Positions 9,190 through 20,057 of a stretch of 48,034 bases of DNA are shown here, piece by piece. Numbering within the stretch: position 1 is the first letter of the stretch; every line of letters begins with the position of its first letter. The stretch is from positions 1 through 48,034 of IMG/VR virus record IMGVR_UViG_3300005611_000048. One strand, written 5' to 3'. This DNA comes from a virus (taxonomy: Duplodnaviria > Caudoviricetes). The position numbers and the translations under genes were made by a program. The notes beneath the pieces were generated by a model. It was not told the DNA's origin and did no database searches. It saw only the letters and a program-made list of their open reading frames with translations.

Positions 9190-10787
9190 TGGGTTTAGAA
9201 GATATTTCATTATTTACCTCTACCTCACAAGAGGGGGCAGAGTCTCCAAATACAAAGGATGGCCCTTTAGTACGTAATGGAGTCTTCGACACTTATGCAG
9301 GTGGAGAGAGGGGTTATGTTACTCAGAGACCCTCTCTTACAGTAGTTAATAACACTACCTCAGATATAAGTATTGGTAGAGGTATGATCTACTGGCCAGC
9401 AGTCGCTACTACTGGTACTGATGGACTGTACTTTGCCGTTAATAATGATATTTATAGAGGTGTAGTGGAGGCTACTAGTGTTATAGCTAGTAACTTATTA
9501 GACTCAGCGACAGATTATAATAGGGTTTACTTTATAGACTGTGATACGCATCTAGTCATTATAGATCCCTCGGCTAATAAAGGCTACTACATAGCTTCTG
9601 GAGCACCTACAACAGTTACACAGATAACCTCCACTAACTTCCCCGGACAGTCAGGAAGACCTAATGTAAAGCTTGCGGGTGGTGGAGTATATTTAGGAGG
9701 GTTTTTATTTCTTCTAGGTGAGGATGGTATAATCTACAACTCCAATATCAATGATATATTAACTTGGGGCTCAGCAGATCTAATCTCTACCGAACTTTCA
9801 GAGGATGCAGGAGTATATCTAGCACAGCATTACGATAATATTATAGCTTTAGGTTCTGAGACTTGTCAGACTTTCTATAATGCTGGTAATGTGAATGGGT
9901 CACCTCTGGCTTCAAGAACAGATATGTCTATAACTTATGGCTGTGTAGATCATAATGCTGTAGCAGTCTCAGGAGATCTTATACATTTTATAGGTGGGTC
10001 GGGTGCAGACTATGGATCTGTATGGACTATAGATAACTTTAAGCCTACTAAGATAGCAGATGATAGGCTATCTGAAAAGTTAGTTACTGCTTTAAATGTT
10101 GATAACACTATTATCTACTGTAGCTATGTGAAATATAACAATCATGCTCTAGTAGGTATTACTATAGATAATAGGCAGAACTTCTCTGGCCCTACTGAGT
10201 CGGTTAGCTTCTTTATAGATATTAACTTAAAGAAGATCTATGAGTTTGATTCAACTATAGGAACCTTTATAGGCTTCCCTATAATTGACTCATCTGCCCA
10301 AGGTAGAATAGATACATCATACCCTTATATGCTATTCTCTTCCGGTGAGGTTGGATTCTTTAGACCTCGTAACTCAGTAGAAGACTTGCAAAGTATTGAA
10401 TCCTCTATCTATGAAAGTGGTATATATTTAGAGGGTATCTACGAGGAGTTCTCTGCATCAGGTGAAAGTCCTATTGAAATGTCTATAACTCTTCCTCCAC
10501 ACGATGAAGGGACTCTAACTAATAAGTTTATGAGTTGGCTACGTATAGGTGGTAATACTGAAGTACAGAGCTATACAGCTAACCCTAATACATCTTTAGA
10601 GATTAGCTATAGTGATGATGAGGGTCAGACCTTCTCAACACCTAGAGAATACTTACTTAATAACACTACTAAAATGTCTCGCTTAGGCAAGTTTGTACGT
10701 AGGATATTTAACTTTAAGTATTCAGGTAAAGCTAAACTAAAGTTAGAAAAAGTACAAGTCTATACGAGTAAATCAAACCATGTCTAA
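9189..10787 (+). CDS. tail hub/nozzle protein (P22 gp10/tail tubular B-like)
   Basis: 532 aa beta-rich; C-terminal ISYSDDEGQTFS..R....SRLGKFVRRIF motif. Confidence 0.75.
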   Translation: MGLEDISLFTSTSQEGAESPNTKDGPLVRNGVFDTYAGGERGYVTQRPSLTVVNNTTSDISIGRGMIYWPAVATTGTDGLYFAVNNDIYRGVVEATSVIASNLLDSATDYNRVYFIDCDTHLVIIDPSANKGYYIASGAPTTVTQITSTNFPGQSGRPNVKLAGGGVYLGGFLFLLGEDGIIYNSNINDILTWGSADLISTELSEDAGVYLAQHYDNIIALGSETCQTFYNAGNVNGSPLASRTDMSITYGCVDHNAVAVSGDLIHFIGGSGADYGSVWTIDNFKPTKIADDRLSEKLVTALNVDNTIIYCSYVKYNNHALVGITIDNRQNFSGPTESVSFFIDINLKKIYEFDSTIGTFIGFPIIDSSAQGRIDTSYPYMLFSSGEVGFFRPRNSVEDLQSIESSIYESGIYLEGIYEEFSASGESPIEMSITLPPHDEGTLTNKFMSWLRIGGNTEVQSYTANPNTSLEISYSDDEGQTFSTPREYLLNNTTKMSRLGKFVRRIFNFKYSGKAKLKLEKVQVYTSKSNHV

Positions 10788-11040
10788 TAAGCTATTAACA
10801 CCTCCAACACCCACAGGAAATGTACAGTTAGATAATTGGTTAAGGCTTGTATACGATCAACTAAATTCTTTAGGTCAGCCTGTAAAGGCAGAGAGTAGAA
10901 CTAGTCTACCTACAGCTTCAGACTATGGTAATACAGATCGTACATTTTTAATCTATGTACACGATGCCGTAGGTGGGGCTGCCTTAGCCTACAGTGACGG
11001 AACTTCTTGGATAAGCACTAAAACAGGAGCGGCGGTATAA
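10780..11040 (+). CDS. small tail protein
   Basis: LPTAS...LIYVHDAVGGAALAYSDGTSW motif; in the tail operon. Confidence 0.65.
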   Translation: MSNKLLTPPTPTGNVQLDNWLRLVYDQLNSLGQPVKAESRTSLPTASDYGNTDRTFLIYVHDAVGGAALAYSDGTSWISTKTGAAV

Positions 11041-11651
11041 TGCCTACTAAGCCTACATTTTTAACGACCATTACCGAGAGGGCTGCTAAGGGTAGTGCTC
11101 TTAATACAACAGAGAATGATGATAACATTCAGGCTATAAAGGATGGTTATGCTCCTATAGGGAGTATAGTCTTATTTCCTTTACCTGAATCATTTATACC
11201 TGACGACTATCTTCCTTGTGATGGTAGAGCTATTAGTAGATCAGCTCCATATGATGACCTATTCAATGTATTAGGTACTTATTACGGCTCAGGTAATGGT
11301 TCAACAACCTTTAACTTACCTGATATGAGAGGTCTAGTCCCTCGTATGGTAACTACTACTACTGAAGGTTCTAGGTCAGATGGCTATGAAGATCCCAACG
11401 AGAGTAGTAGGGTTATCACAGGTCTCACAGGAGCTACTACAGCAGATCCCGGCTCTATACAGCTTGATGATATAAAAGAACATGCTCACCCTGAAACTAG
11501 ATTATCAGGAAGTGCTCCACTTATCAACTTCGATGTATTTGGTGGTAACGTAGATGCAGGACGAGTAGACTCAGGCTTATTTGGTAATGATGAGACTAGA
11601 ATGAAGAATATCTATATGATATATATGATTAAAGCTAGAGGAGGTCTATAA
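11040..11651 (+). CDS. tail-collar domain protein (short fibre)
   Basis: PIGSIVLF...PDDYLPCDGRAISR..YDDLF.VLGTYYG.GNGSTTFNLPDMRG collar signature; ETRMKNI..IYMIKA end. Confidence 0.88.
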   Translation: MPTKPTFLTTITERAAKGSALNTTENDDNIQAIKDGYAPIGSIVLFPLPESFIPDDYLPCDGRAISRSAPYDDLFNVLGTYYGSGNGSTTFNLPDMRGLVPRMVTTTTEGSRSDGYEDPNESSRVITGLTGATTADPGSIQLDDIKEHAHPETRLSGSAPLINFDVFGGNVDAGRVDSGLFGNDETRMKNIYMIYMIKARGGL

Positions 11652-12262
11652 TGGGTCTTGGGTCTTCACTTGGATCTGCATTTGGTGGGAGTGGTGCTAA
11701 GAAGGCTGCTAAATATAATAAGAAGGAGTGGGAGCGTTATAGGGTTCGTAACAAGCAGCATTATGAGGCAATCTCTCCTTGGGCTACTAAAGAGTACGAA
11801 GATGGTACAGGAGTCCATAAAGCCTCAGATACTCTATATGATCTAATGTTTGGGGGTGGTGATTATGAACTATCCCCTGCTGGTAAGTTTGCAGAGGAGC
11901 AAGGCATCAAAGCCATACAGCGTGGTGCTAGTGCAAGAGGTATGAATCAGTCAGGCAATGTTATGTTCGATGTTGCAGGATTTGTTACTGGTAATGCTCA
12001 GCAAGATTACTGGCAGTATATGTCGTCACTAATGGAACTTTCTGGTGCTAACACTTCAGCAATGAGTGCTGCATCAGCTAATTATCAATCTGGTGATATT
12101 GCATCAGTAGAAGGTAAGAACGCTGCTAGGATGGGAGTGGCTGCTGGTAGATCTATGCAATTTGCAGGAGCCGGTGCTGCCTTTGATCAAGTAGCTAGTG
12201 CTACCTACGCTGGAGCTACAGGGGGTGGTAATGGAACCTTCTTCTCCTCTCTATTTGGGTAA
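11651..12262 (+). CDS. putative DNA ejection/pilot protein (P22 gp7-like)
   Basis: G/A/S-rich termini, SPAGKFAEEQGIKAIQRGASARG..SGN motif; first of three ejection-type genes. Confidence 0.65.
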   Translation: MGLGSSLGSAFGGSGAKKAAKYNKKEWERYRVRNKQHYEAISPWATKEYEDGTGVHKASDTLYDLMFGGGDYELSPAGKFAEEQGIKAIQRGASARGMNQSGNVMFDVAGFVTGNAQQDYWQYMSSLMELSGANTSAMSAASANYQSGDIASVEGKNAARMGVAAGRSMQFAGAGAAFDQVASATYAGATGGGNGTFFSSLFG

Positions 12263-12268
12263 AATATA

Positions 12269-13825
12269 ATGAGTACTTATGATCCCTTTGCAGCATTTAC
12301 TACTACTGCACAAGCATTACAAAATATAAATGCCTCACAAGAGGATGTTAAGGCTTCTAAGCTAAGCCGTAGGCGTGGTGAAGTTGCCTTGAAAGGTGAG
12401 AAGCGTAGAGAAGAGTCTGGTTACAATGAAAAGCTAGAAGAATATTCTTTAGATATAGGGTCAGCTAAGGCTGCTCAATCTAGGATTTTGGAATCCATTT
12501 ATACAGACCCAACTTATCAAGAACTAGCTAAACAATCTGAACTTAGTGGTGTAGTAAGTAGCATAGCAACCAACGAGCTTTCTACTAATGCAGTCTTTCA
12601 ACAAATGGCTTTTTCTGAAATACAAAAGGCTAAGGCTTTAGGTACTCCTGAAGCTGTAAGAGATGCTTTATCTAATATAGGGGATCTAGAAGATAAGTTT
12701 GGAGATCCGTTTACCGAAGAGGATAAGGCAGCTCTAGCCGAGGCTGGCCCTGATGAGCTTGCTACTCTACTGAAAGGTTATGATACATGGTCTACTTCAT
12801 CTCTAAAAGTATTTCAAGAGATGGGTATGCTACAGAAAGAGAGCCAATTGGCTAGAGAAGAGGCTGCATATCAGTCTGCACTAGATACTGTCAGAGATAC
12901 AAATAAGTCTAATACTGACGCTGCTAACCGAGAGCCTGATCTAAAGAGTGTTATAGATCGTAATGGCAAGGTTGTTGGTAGTGCTATGGTTCAGAATGGT
13001 AACGTCTTAGGTTACAATATTGGAAAGCAGACTCAGCTAGGTGATATTCCAGAGGGACTCATTCTAGGAGGTGAGTATACTCCCGGTAATACAGACACTC
13101 CTGCGGGTGCTGGCCGGAGGGCTATGAAGCCTGAAGATATTGTTAAAGGTGTTAGGCAGATTAGGAACCAGCTAAGTACTACACTCCGTACAGCGAGTAT
13201 TATAATGAATCCTGAACTGGAGAAGGTAGTAGGTACAATACAAGGGCCGTTTGGTAAAGCCTTTCCTATCTTAGAGAACTTGATTCTTAATGATGCAGAT
13301 GAGGCTACAAAGGCTGCTCTTATGAAGCAGACACTAGATAATGTGTTAGCTGTAGCTCGGTCTTTAGCACCTGTTAACGATAAGGACGTTGAGATACTGA
13401 AAGAAGAGTATATGAGCAGAGAACTTACCGGCCCTGCTACTCGTATGCTTTGGTTGAAGGAGATGATCCCTTCTATGCTAGATAAAATTGAAAATTATCA
13501 CTTAGCTAACGTAGACGATCCCGGATCTCCCTTAGCATCTACTCCAGAGCTTGCCGGTGCTTACAGAGCAGAAGCGGCTGCTAGATTCTTTGAACTATTT
13601 GTATCACAACCTCACACTTCCGAAGAACTTATTGGTGCGGTTAATAACTGGTTTCCTACCGATCAGCAAGTACCTCAAGGTACTGGAGAATATGTATCTT
13701 TTGCTAATGGTAAGGTAATGCCTTTATCGACAGCTCACGCTTTAGCCTATAAAGAAGGTTTCTTTGAGAATGGTAGGATTAAGATGGAAGAGTTCATGGC
13801 GGAAACTAATTTGAGAATGCACTAA
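12269..13825 (+). CDS. putative internal virion/ejection protein
   Basis: 518 aa helical protein in the ejection-gene position. Confidence 0.6.
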   Translation: MSTYDPFAAFTTTAQALQNINASQEDVKASKLSRRRGEVALKGEKRREESGYNEKLEEYSLDIGSAKAAQSRILESIYTDPTYQELAKQSELSGVVSSIATNELSTNAVFQQMAFSEIQKAKALGTPEAVRDALSNIGDLEDKFGDPFTEEDKAALAEAGPDELATLLKGYDTWSTSSLKVFQEMGMLQKESQLAREEAAYQSALDTVRDTNKSNTDAANREPDLKSVIDRNGKVVGSAMVQNGNVLGYNIGKQTQLGDIPEGLILGGEYTPGNTDTPAGAGRRAMKPEDIVKGVRQIRNQLSTTLRTASIIMNPELEKVVGTIQGPFGKAFPILENLILNDADEATKAALMKQTLDNVLAVARSLAPVNDKDVEILKEEYMSRELTGPATRMLWLKEMIPSMLDKIENYHLANVDDPGSPLASTPELAGAYRAEAAARFFELFVSQPHTSEELIGAVNNWFPTDQQVPQGTGEYVSFANGKVMPLSTAHALAYKEGFFENGRIKMEEFMAETNLRMH

Positions 13826-16623
13826 TGGATGAAAAGTCTTTACAAGAGGTTAGGAGTAAGTACGCCGCATTCGGCTTACCAGACTCACAGAAGCCCTCTA
13901 CAATGAAAGGTGGGAACTTAACCCAAACCATAGCTGATATGAATTATGCTAATAGGGGTTATAATGACCCTCTTGTGGAGGACTTAGAAACTCATCAGAG
14001 ATCCGTAGGTATACTGGATCACCTTAACATGGCAGGTGTAGCCGTTAACCGCGGTATGCATGGGTGGATATTCGACACCTTACACTACTTAAAAGTAGGT
14101 CACAGGGTCGCTGCTAACAAGAAAAGGGTTGAACTCTTAGAGGCTGGATACTCCACTGATCAAGTATTAGAGATGATGGGGCCAACACAGGATGAGAACC
14201 CAGAGCAGTTTACTGAGAAGCACTCTAACATCTATAGCTACGAGAATCTAACTGAAGACTATCGTAAGAAGTCGAGACCTATACAAGCTGGTATAGAGTT
14301 TGCAGGTGGTGGCTTTGGTATAAGTGCTATAGGTCGTGCTGCTACTAAGAAGTTTACTAAGGAAATGTCTGAAGAGGCTCTTAAGAGATCTCACAAGATA
14401 GATAATACCCTTAATACTGCTTCAGGTCTTGGTGCTGCTGCCGCATCCTATGCATCAGGCGGTAACGAGGTAGCGGAGCTTTTAGGTGGTGTTGCGGCTC
14501 CGGGAGTATACTTAACTAAGCACTTAACTACTGCTGTAGGTAAAGGTCTAAGTAACTTCAATAAGAAGTTCAGTAAGCCAGCAATGGAGAAAGTATCCGT
14601 TAAGGCTATCCTTCAACACGCACACGATCCTGAAAAGGCTATCCTAGAACTAGAGAGAGCTATAGCTTCTAATAAAACTGGATCTCTTGGTCAGTTGACA
14701 GGGGATAAAGGTATTCTCGGTATAGAGAAGAAGATGCAGGAAGGTAACTCTGAGTTTGCAGGTCTTATTAAGAATCTAGACGGTGAAACTCTTAAAGAGG
14801 TTACTACACTACTGTCACGCCTTAGAGGCGAAGTGGATAATGTAGAGGCTCTTACTCATGAGTACTTTAAGGCTGTTGCTGAGAACGGCTCTAGTATGAT
14901 CAGGAATGAGATCGATGAGGTAGCTAAAAGCTATAGATCTACTCTAGAGGTTATTGGGGAGGGGGATAAGGAGCTTGCTAGTGTTAGGCTGTTTGATGAC
15001 CTAAACAAAACTTATGATAACGTACTAGCTATTGAGAAGGAGTTGTGGGAGTCTCTACCAGACGTAGAGGTAGATGTAGGGGATACTTTCGATTACTTCA
15101 ACGAATATCAAAAGTTAGTCCTTGATACAGCTATTGAGCAGTCGCCTAAAGTACGAGCACCTTTCAAAGATGCTGTTAGAGTACTAGAGGATCTAAGCGA
15201 GACAGGTATTGTCAATGTCAAGGAGATTGTTAAGCTACGTTCAGATGTTCTAGCTACACTTAGATGGATAGGTAAGACTGACTCCAAGATACCTCCTGCT
15301 TCTAAAGCTTATGGTAGTGCTCTACAAAAGACTCTTCGTAAAGTACTTAATGAAGCTGGAAGTATATCCCCTAGATATGCTGCTGCGGCAGCTTATACAA
15401 AAGAGATGCACGAGGTCTTTGATCCTTTACTCTTTCAAGGTAAGGCTGTTGATGCTGCTGAGTTTGGTTCTAGAGTCATGGCTCCGGGCAATAAAGGAGC
15501 TAAGCAGTTAGACTCTATGGCTTGGGCTTACGGCTATGATCAAGGTCTAGTTGGAGGTGTTGAAGATGTAATTAAAGCTAACTTCGTTGACTCCGCGGTA
15601 AGGTTTGCAGATGATGGGTCTCGTACACTGGATGTTGTAGCTGCTCAACGGTTTGCTACTAAACATGCTGGTAGCCTACGCAGGTATCCTCAGATACAAG
15701 CTGCTATTGCTAAATCTATCACTGAAGGTAAAGTTCTTAAAGAACTGGATACTGAGCTAAAGTCTACCGTATCAGAGATACAAAAGGCTAGGTATAGTCT
15801 CTATACTGAATACAGTGATCCTAGAAGGGCTTTAGAAAAGCTAGTACTAAGTCCAACCATTAAGAACCCTCAAGCTAACGCTAAGGAGCTTATGGATCTA
15901 GCTAAGAAAGACCCTACTGGTGATGCTGTGCTAGGTCTTAAGCGTACTGCTATTGATGTACTTGCTAACGGTATCCTTAAAGAGTCTTATGATGGATCTA
16001 AATTCCTAAGTAAAGCTTATCGTGATGCATGGACTAGATCTAAGCCAGTAATAGATGAGTTCTTCAAAGATGATCCTCAATCCAAAGAGGTTCTAAAGGT
16101 AGTATTTGATGACTTAGAGAAACTAGCTACTCGGTCTACTGCTGATAATGTTAACATTGGTTTTGATAAGAGTGTTATCATCAGTGCGGTGGGCGCTATT
16201 GCGGGTGCAAGGGTAGGTGCTAAGATAGGTACTACACCTCTTATTGCAGCAGGTATCGGTAGACGTATCGCAGTTAAAGTACTTGATACTGTTCCTAATG
16301 ATAAGCGTATGGCTCTGCTAGAGGACATGCTTATTAATCCTAATAAGTTCAAGAGTGTTTATGATGAGTTAGGTGGGGATGCTATTCAAGAGGCTGACTT
16401 GCCTCGTTTATGGAATGGATGGTTAGCTTTGGCGGGAATCAGGCAGACTGATTTGATATTGGAGAATCAGGTTGATGAGGAACGTAGGAAGGCTGAGTAT
16501 GATAAGAACACTGTTCTTGATATAGAGGCTTTTGAAGCTGTCCGTAGAGGACGGGCTAACGTAGAACCTCCTAAATCTAGAAGTGATAAGGTTAAGAATT
16601 ATCTTGACAGTATACGTAGATAA
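13825..16623 (+). CDS. large internal virion/ejection protein
   Basis: 932 aa helical protein with G/A-rich hydrophobic segments; last gene of the structural arm. Confidence 0.65.
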   Translation: MDEKSLQEVRSKYAAFGLPDSQKPSTMKGGNLTQTIADMNYANRGYNDPLVEDLETHQRSVGILDHLNMAGVAVNRGMHGWIFDTLHYLKVGHRVAANKKRVELLEAGYSTDQVLEMMGPTQDENPEQFTEKHSNIYSYENLTEDYRKKSRPIQAGIEFAGGGFGISAIGRAATKKFTKEMSEEALKRSHKIDNTLNTASGLGAAAASYASGGNEVAELLGGVAAPGVYLTKHLTTAVGKGLSNFNKKFSKPAMEKVSVKAILQHAHDPEKAILELERAIASNKTGSLGQLTGDKGILGIEKKMQEGNSEFAGLIKNLDGETLKEVTTLLSRLRGEVDNVEALTHEYFKAVAENGSSMIRNEIDEVAKSYRSTLEVIGEGDKELASVRLFDDLNKTYDNVLAIEKELWESLPDVEVDVGDTFDYFNEYQKLVLDTAIEQSPKVRAPFKDAVRVLEDLSETGIVNVKEIVKLRSDVLATLRWIGKTDSKIPPASKAYGSALQKTLRKVLNEAGSISPRYAAAAAYTKEMHEVFDPLLFQGKAVDAAEFGSRVMAPGNKGAKQLDSMAWAYGYDQGLVGGVEDVIKANFVDSAVRFADDGSRTLDVVAAQRFATKHAGSLRRYPQIQAAIAKSITEGKVLKELDTELKSTVSEIQKARYSLYTEYSDPRRALEKLVLSPTIKNPQANAKELMDLAKKDPTGDAVLGLKRTAIDVLANGILKESYDGSKFLSKAYRDAWTRSKPVIDEFFKDDPQSKEVLKVVFDDLEKLATRSTADNVNIGFDKSVIISAVGAIAGARVGAKIGTTPLIAAGIGRRIAVKVLDTVPNDKRMALLEDMLINPNKFKSVYDELGGDAIQEADLPRLWNGWLALAGIRQTDLILENQVDEERRKAEYDKNTVLDIEAFEAVRRGRANVEPPKSRSDKVKNYLDSIRR

Positions 16624-16660
16624 AAAGAAACCCCCTTCCTTTCGGTTGGGGGTTTTTTAT
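16622..16660. terminator. bidirectional intrinsic terminator between the convergent arms
   Basis: AAAAAGAAACCCCC-TTCCTTTCGGTT-GGGGGTTTTTTAT: stem flanked by A and T tracts. Confidence 0.88.
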
Positions 16661-16677
16661 TATGTGCTTATTTTTAT

Positions 16678-18591
16678 TTAGAGTTCACAAGATGTTCCAT
16701 GACAAGCAAGTTCTTGCGATCCCACTGTCATATCCTCCGCTTCATAAACAGATAACTCTTCCCAATTAAGTGAGTCAGGCATCTCTGCTTTTAAAGTCTC
16801 ATAGGTATCCTTATCAATAGCTTCATAAGGAGCTTGTGCATAGATATGATCTGATTTAGGTAGGAAGCTAATCCCTGAACACTTGTCCATGTTATCCCAC
16901 AACCATTGCATACCTACTAAGAACTCAGTATCATCGTAGTAGATGGTTACTGATGGCTTATGTTCACACCAATGATCTTGGTAAGTTTCCCATAAGTCTA
17001 GTTGGCTTCTAATGTCCAACTCATTTGCTCGCACACCTTCCGGTGATTTAACAGGGAAGGAGAATACTACATTCTCTGAGTTCATAACATCGACCTCTCC
17101 CGGAACCCCTTGATCTAAGAGGAAGTTGGTTAGAGGATCTTTCTTATCATTACGTACTCGTCGGATATAGTAATCACTGAACCTTGCATGAATACCTGAA
17201 GCACTGTCTACAAGTTGAGATACAGTACCAGAGGGCTTAACGCAAGTAATAGCAGTAGAAGGATTAACACCCAATCGCTCGGCCCATTCTTTGTTGGTTT
17301 CAATAGAAATACCTTTTAAGTGCTCTAATATCTCCGGTAAAGACTTCGGCATATTAGGGTGATCAAACCAAGTACCTCCTTCCTCCCTACCACTTAAGAT
17401 AGGGTGATCCATGATACCTGTAAAGGATACTCCAAGCAAGCTCTCTTCTGCTGTATTCCTTTCCCAGATAGGTCTTACAAACCTAAAATTAGTTAACGTA
17501 CTTTGTAGAGTACCCAAGATCGTAGTTTGTCTAACCTTTCGTTCAAGATCTTCAAGTGTATCCGTTGGTCGTACAACGACTTCTGAGAGGTTGCAGACTT
17601 GACAAGATCGTAATATAATCTCGCTACAAGGATTCGTTCCAAAGGCATGGTCTGTATCCCGTCTTCCAGATCTTGCAGCTTGCTTAACGCTTGCTGCTCT
17701 AGAGAATATACCTCGTTCTCCAGCCTTTGAGTCGTACAAAGCCTTAATCTCATTGAGGAAAGTAGCGAACTCAGGCTGCTCTGCATATACAGCAGAGTTA
17801 TTCGCCAGTGCTCTTTGAGGGTGATCCTCCCACCATTGACCTTGTTTAGCATTACGCATTCTGTCATCAGATAGATTAGACAAAGATATAAGGGCACTAC
17901 GTCTTACTCCTCCGACAACAACTATGTCAGCTATTTTGCATACGAGATCGTGACACTCGATAGAGGTAAGTTTCCTTCCAGCGGCGTTACGGAACAATCT
18001 AATGGTAAAGTCGAACAACTGTCTAAGAGGCTCTGGGCCACTCGATCTGCCACCAAAAGTTTTAAGGGGTGCTCCAGCGGGACGGAGTTTTGACAGATCA
18101 TATTGAGGTACTTGTCCAGAGTACAACATAGCAACCAGTTCTTTGAATGACTTCGCCCACCCAACCTTACTATCGGGTACTGAGATTGTAGTATCTGTTT
18201 CAAAAAAGTCGTGTGATACTTCGGGTAACTGATTGATGTACTGTCGCTCAACACTAAAGCCTACCCCCGTCCCACACATTAAAACATAAAGAACCTCACA
18301 GAAAGCCCTATGATCATCAATAGCGATAAAGGCACAGTTAAACCCTGCCATGTTATCACGATCTAGAGCTTTACCAGCAGTCATAAGGCAGCGCATAGAG
18401 GGCATTACTTCAAGATTATATATAGCATTAAATAGTTCTACACTATAATCCGTACTGTCTAGTATGTCATACTTACTAGCAAAGAAGTTTATATACCTAC
18501 TTACTGTCTCATCCCAAGTCTCTCGCCTACTCTCTTCAGGTAACCATCTAGCATACCGTGATTTATGAATGTACTCTTGATATAGATCCAA
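16678..18591 (-). CDS. nrdJ: class II (adenosylcobalamin-dependent) ribonucleotide reductase
   Basis: VMPSMR, FNC, GTGVGFSV, VVVGGVRRSALI, GTNPCSEI, CNLSEV, TCVKPSGT and C-terminal CHGTSCEL; no beta-subunit gene present. Confidence 0.93.
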   Translation of the reverse strand: MDLYQEYIHKSRYARWLPEESRRETWDETVSRYINFFASKYDILDSTDYSVELFNAIYNLEVMPSMRCLMTAGKALDRDNMAGFNCAFIAIDDHRAFCEVLYVLMCGTGVGFSVERQYINQLPEVSHDFFETDTTISVPDSKVGWAKSFKELVAMLYSGQVPQYDLSKLRPAGAPLKTFGGRSSGPEPLRQLFDFTIRLFRNAAGRKLTSIECHDLVCKIADIVVVGGVRRSALISLSNLSDDRMRNAKQGQWWEDHPQRALANNSAVYAEQPEFATFLNEIKALYDSKAGERGIFSRAASVKQAARSGRRDTDHAFGTNPCSEIILRSCQVCNLSEVVVRPTDTLEDLERKVRQTTILGTLQSTLTNFRFVRPIWERNTAEESLLGVSFTGIMDHPILSGREEGGTWFDHPNMPKSLPEILEHLKGISIETNKEWAERLGVNPSTAITCVKPSGTVSQLVDSASGIHARFSDYYIRRVRNDKKDPLTNFLLDQGVPGEVDVMNSENVVFSFPVKSPEGVRANELDIRSQLDLWETYQDHWCEHKPSVTIYYDDTEFLVGMQWLWDNMDKCSGISFLPKSDHIYAQAPYEAIDKDTYETLKAEMPDSLNWEELSVYEAEDMTVGSQELACHGTSCEL

Positions 18592-18593
18592 TC

Positions 18594-18794
18594 CTAAGTC
18601 TCCAGTAGTGTTGCTAGGTTACCGGCAATCTTAGTAGCTCTGTCAGCTTCCTCTCCTAATATTTTAGAGTCGGCTTCAAGTTTCTTACTAAGCTCGGCCA
18701 AACGTGTACCGTTTTCATTTAGCCTGTTTGCCTCTGCATCCAAGGCGCTGATTGTCTTTTTAAATTGATTTAATATCTTATCTACTTTATTCAT
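18594..18794 (-). CDS. hypothetical coiled-coil protein
   Basis: 66 aa, tightly packed in the operon. Confidence 0.65.
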   Translation of the reverse strand: MNKVDKILNQFKKTISALDAEANRLNENGTRLAELSKKLEADSKILGEEADRATKIAGNLATLLET

Positions 18795-19117
18795 TATCGG
18801 TTATCCCCGCTACCTTGAAGCTTTCCACGATTTCTCCGGTCTTCCAATTTTGTAAGGTTATAACTAGCGACTTCTTCCAAGGAAAACCCTGCTGCATCAA
18901 TTTCACCAACAAGATACCAGAGTCTATCCCCAAATTCCCCAAGTACGGTGTCTTTGGAGGGAACTGTCCCGTCACGCAACAATCTCTTACTGAGACCAGC
19001 CATTTCTCCAAGTTCTTCAACGCTCCCGTGTCGCATGTGGTCGGCCCTGAGATGGGGATCTTTATCTCTGGTAAGGTCAAACTTCATTGCCTCCTGCTGG
19101 TAAACATTTAATAACAC
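18794..19117 (-). CDS. MazG-like nucleotide pyrophosphohydrolase
   Basis: YQQEA...GSVEELGE..G..KRLLRDG...GEFGDRLWYL...LEEVA..NL.KL..R..RGKLQGSGDNR. Confidence 0.9.
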   Translation of the reverse strand: MLLNVYQQEAMKFDLTRDKDPHLRADHMRHGSVEELGEMAGLSKRLLRDGTVPSKDTVLGEFGDRLWYLVGEIDAAGFSLEEVASYNLTKLEDRRNRGKLQGSGDNR

Positions 19118-19449
19118 TATACTACCTCTTCAAATCGTTGGGTGTACTGTTCAGGAGACATAGCATATACATACTCATCTTCTATAACAACGTAATCTCC
19201 TCGGTTGAGGAGTTTTCGTGTCGTGTACTGAGATGAGAACTTAATCTCACCGAACACACCATCAATTTCATTATCTTCTTCTTCTACATAGTCTAGGTAT
19301 GCTAGATCTACACCATTCTTAGTAGAGTGGATTGTACTTACAGAGCCCCTAGAGTCTTTTAAGAACTCCTTTAGCTCATCATTAATCTCTTCAAATACCA
19401 TAGCCTTGATGACTGGCTCACGTGTCTTTCGCTTTAGTGTAATACTCAT
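19117..19449 (-). CDS. hypothetical protein
   Basis: 110 aa coupled ORF; GDYVV......Y....E.Y...FEEV end. Confidence 0.7.
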   Translation of the reverse strand: MSITLKRKTREPVIKAMVFEEINDELKEFLKDSRGSVSTIHSTKNGVDLAYLDYVEEEDNEIDGVFGEIKFSSQYTTRKLLNRGDYVVIEDEYVYAMSPEQYTQRFEEVV

Positions 19450-19871
19450 TTAAAAAGCTTCCTCCAATAAATTAAATCTATATCATCCCCTACGTACTGT
19501 CCAGAAGCCTCCTCTGGTGGAGTGCAATGCTTGAACCCGCAACTAATAAGGGAGTTTGCTGATGCGTGATTTCCGTTAACCGTATAAGTGTATACCTCTT
19601 TAACGCCTAACTTTTTCGCATAATCTAACCTCTTCTTAATGAGCTTCTTCTGTAGTCCATGACCTCTGTAGTCAGGTAGTACTCCACAAGTAGAGAACCA
19701 CGCCATATCATCTATAACTCTCATAGCTGCTACAGCAATGGACTCTCCCTCGTAGTAAGCTACCCACCACTCTCGGTCTTCAATGTCTAGTATAGGTAAA
19801 CCATCTGCACTATTCAAGATCTCTTGTACAGGGTTTATAGCTTTCCTATTCTTTGTCTTTACTATTCTCAT
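19446..19871 (-). CDS. GNAT family N-acetyltransferase
   Basis: Motif A GVLPDYRGHGLQKKLI and motif B NHASANSLISCGF. Confidence 0.88.
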   Translation of the reverse strand: MRIVKTKNRKAINPVQEILNSADGLPILDIEDREWWVAYYEGESIAVAAMRVIDDMAWFSTCGVLPDYRGHGLQKKLIKKRLDYAKKLGVKEVYTYTVNGNHASANSLISCGFKHCTPPEEASGQYVGDDIDLIYWRKLFK

Positions 19872-19874
19872 AGA

Positions 19875-20057
19875 TCATAACTCAAACCTATCTGGGGTGT
19901 AAGGCAGACAAGTTACTAACTTCTTACCAGCATAGGTCTGGTCAAGGTAGTCTATAAGTAACTCTTTAGCACTTTCACACCCTAACTTAGTATTAAAAGA
20001 TTGCGCTTTCATCTCACTTATATCAAATAAGATATACACCAGAAGCCATTTCGTCAT
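19875..20057 (-). CDS. hypothetical protein
   Basis: 60 aa, overlaps the upstream stop; F.TK..CE.A pattern. Confidence 0.55.
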   Translation of the reverse strand: MTKWLLVYILFDISEMKAQSFNTKLGCESAKELLIDYLDQTYAGKKLVTCLPYTPDRFEL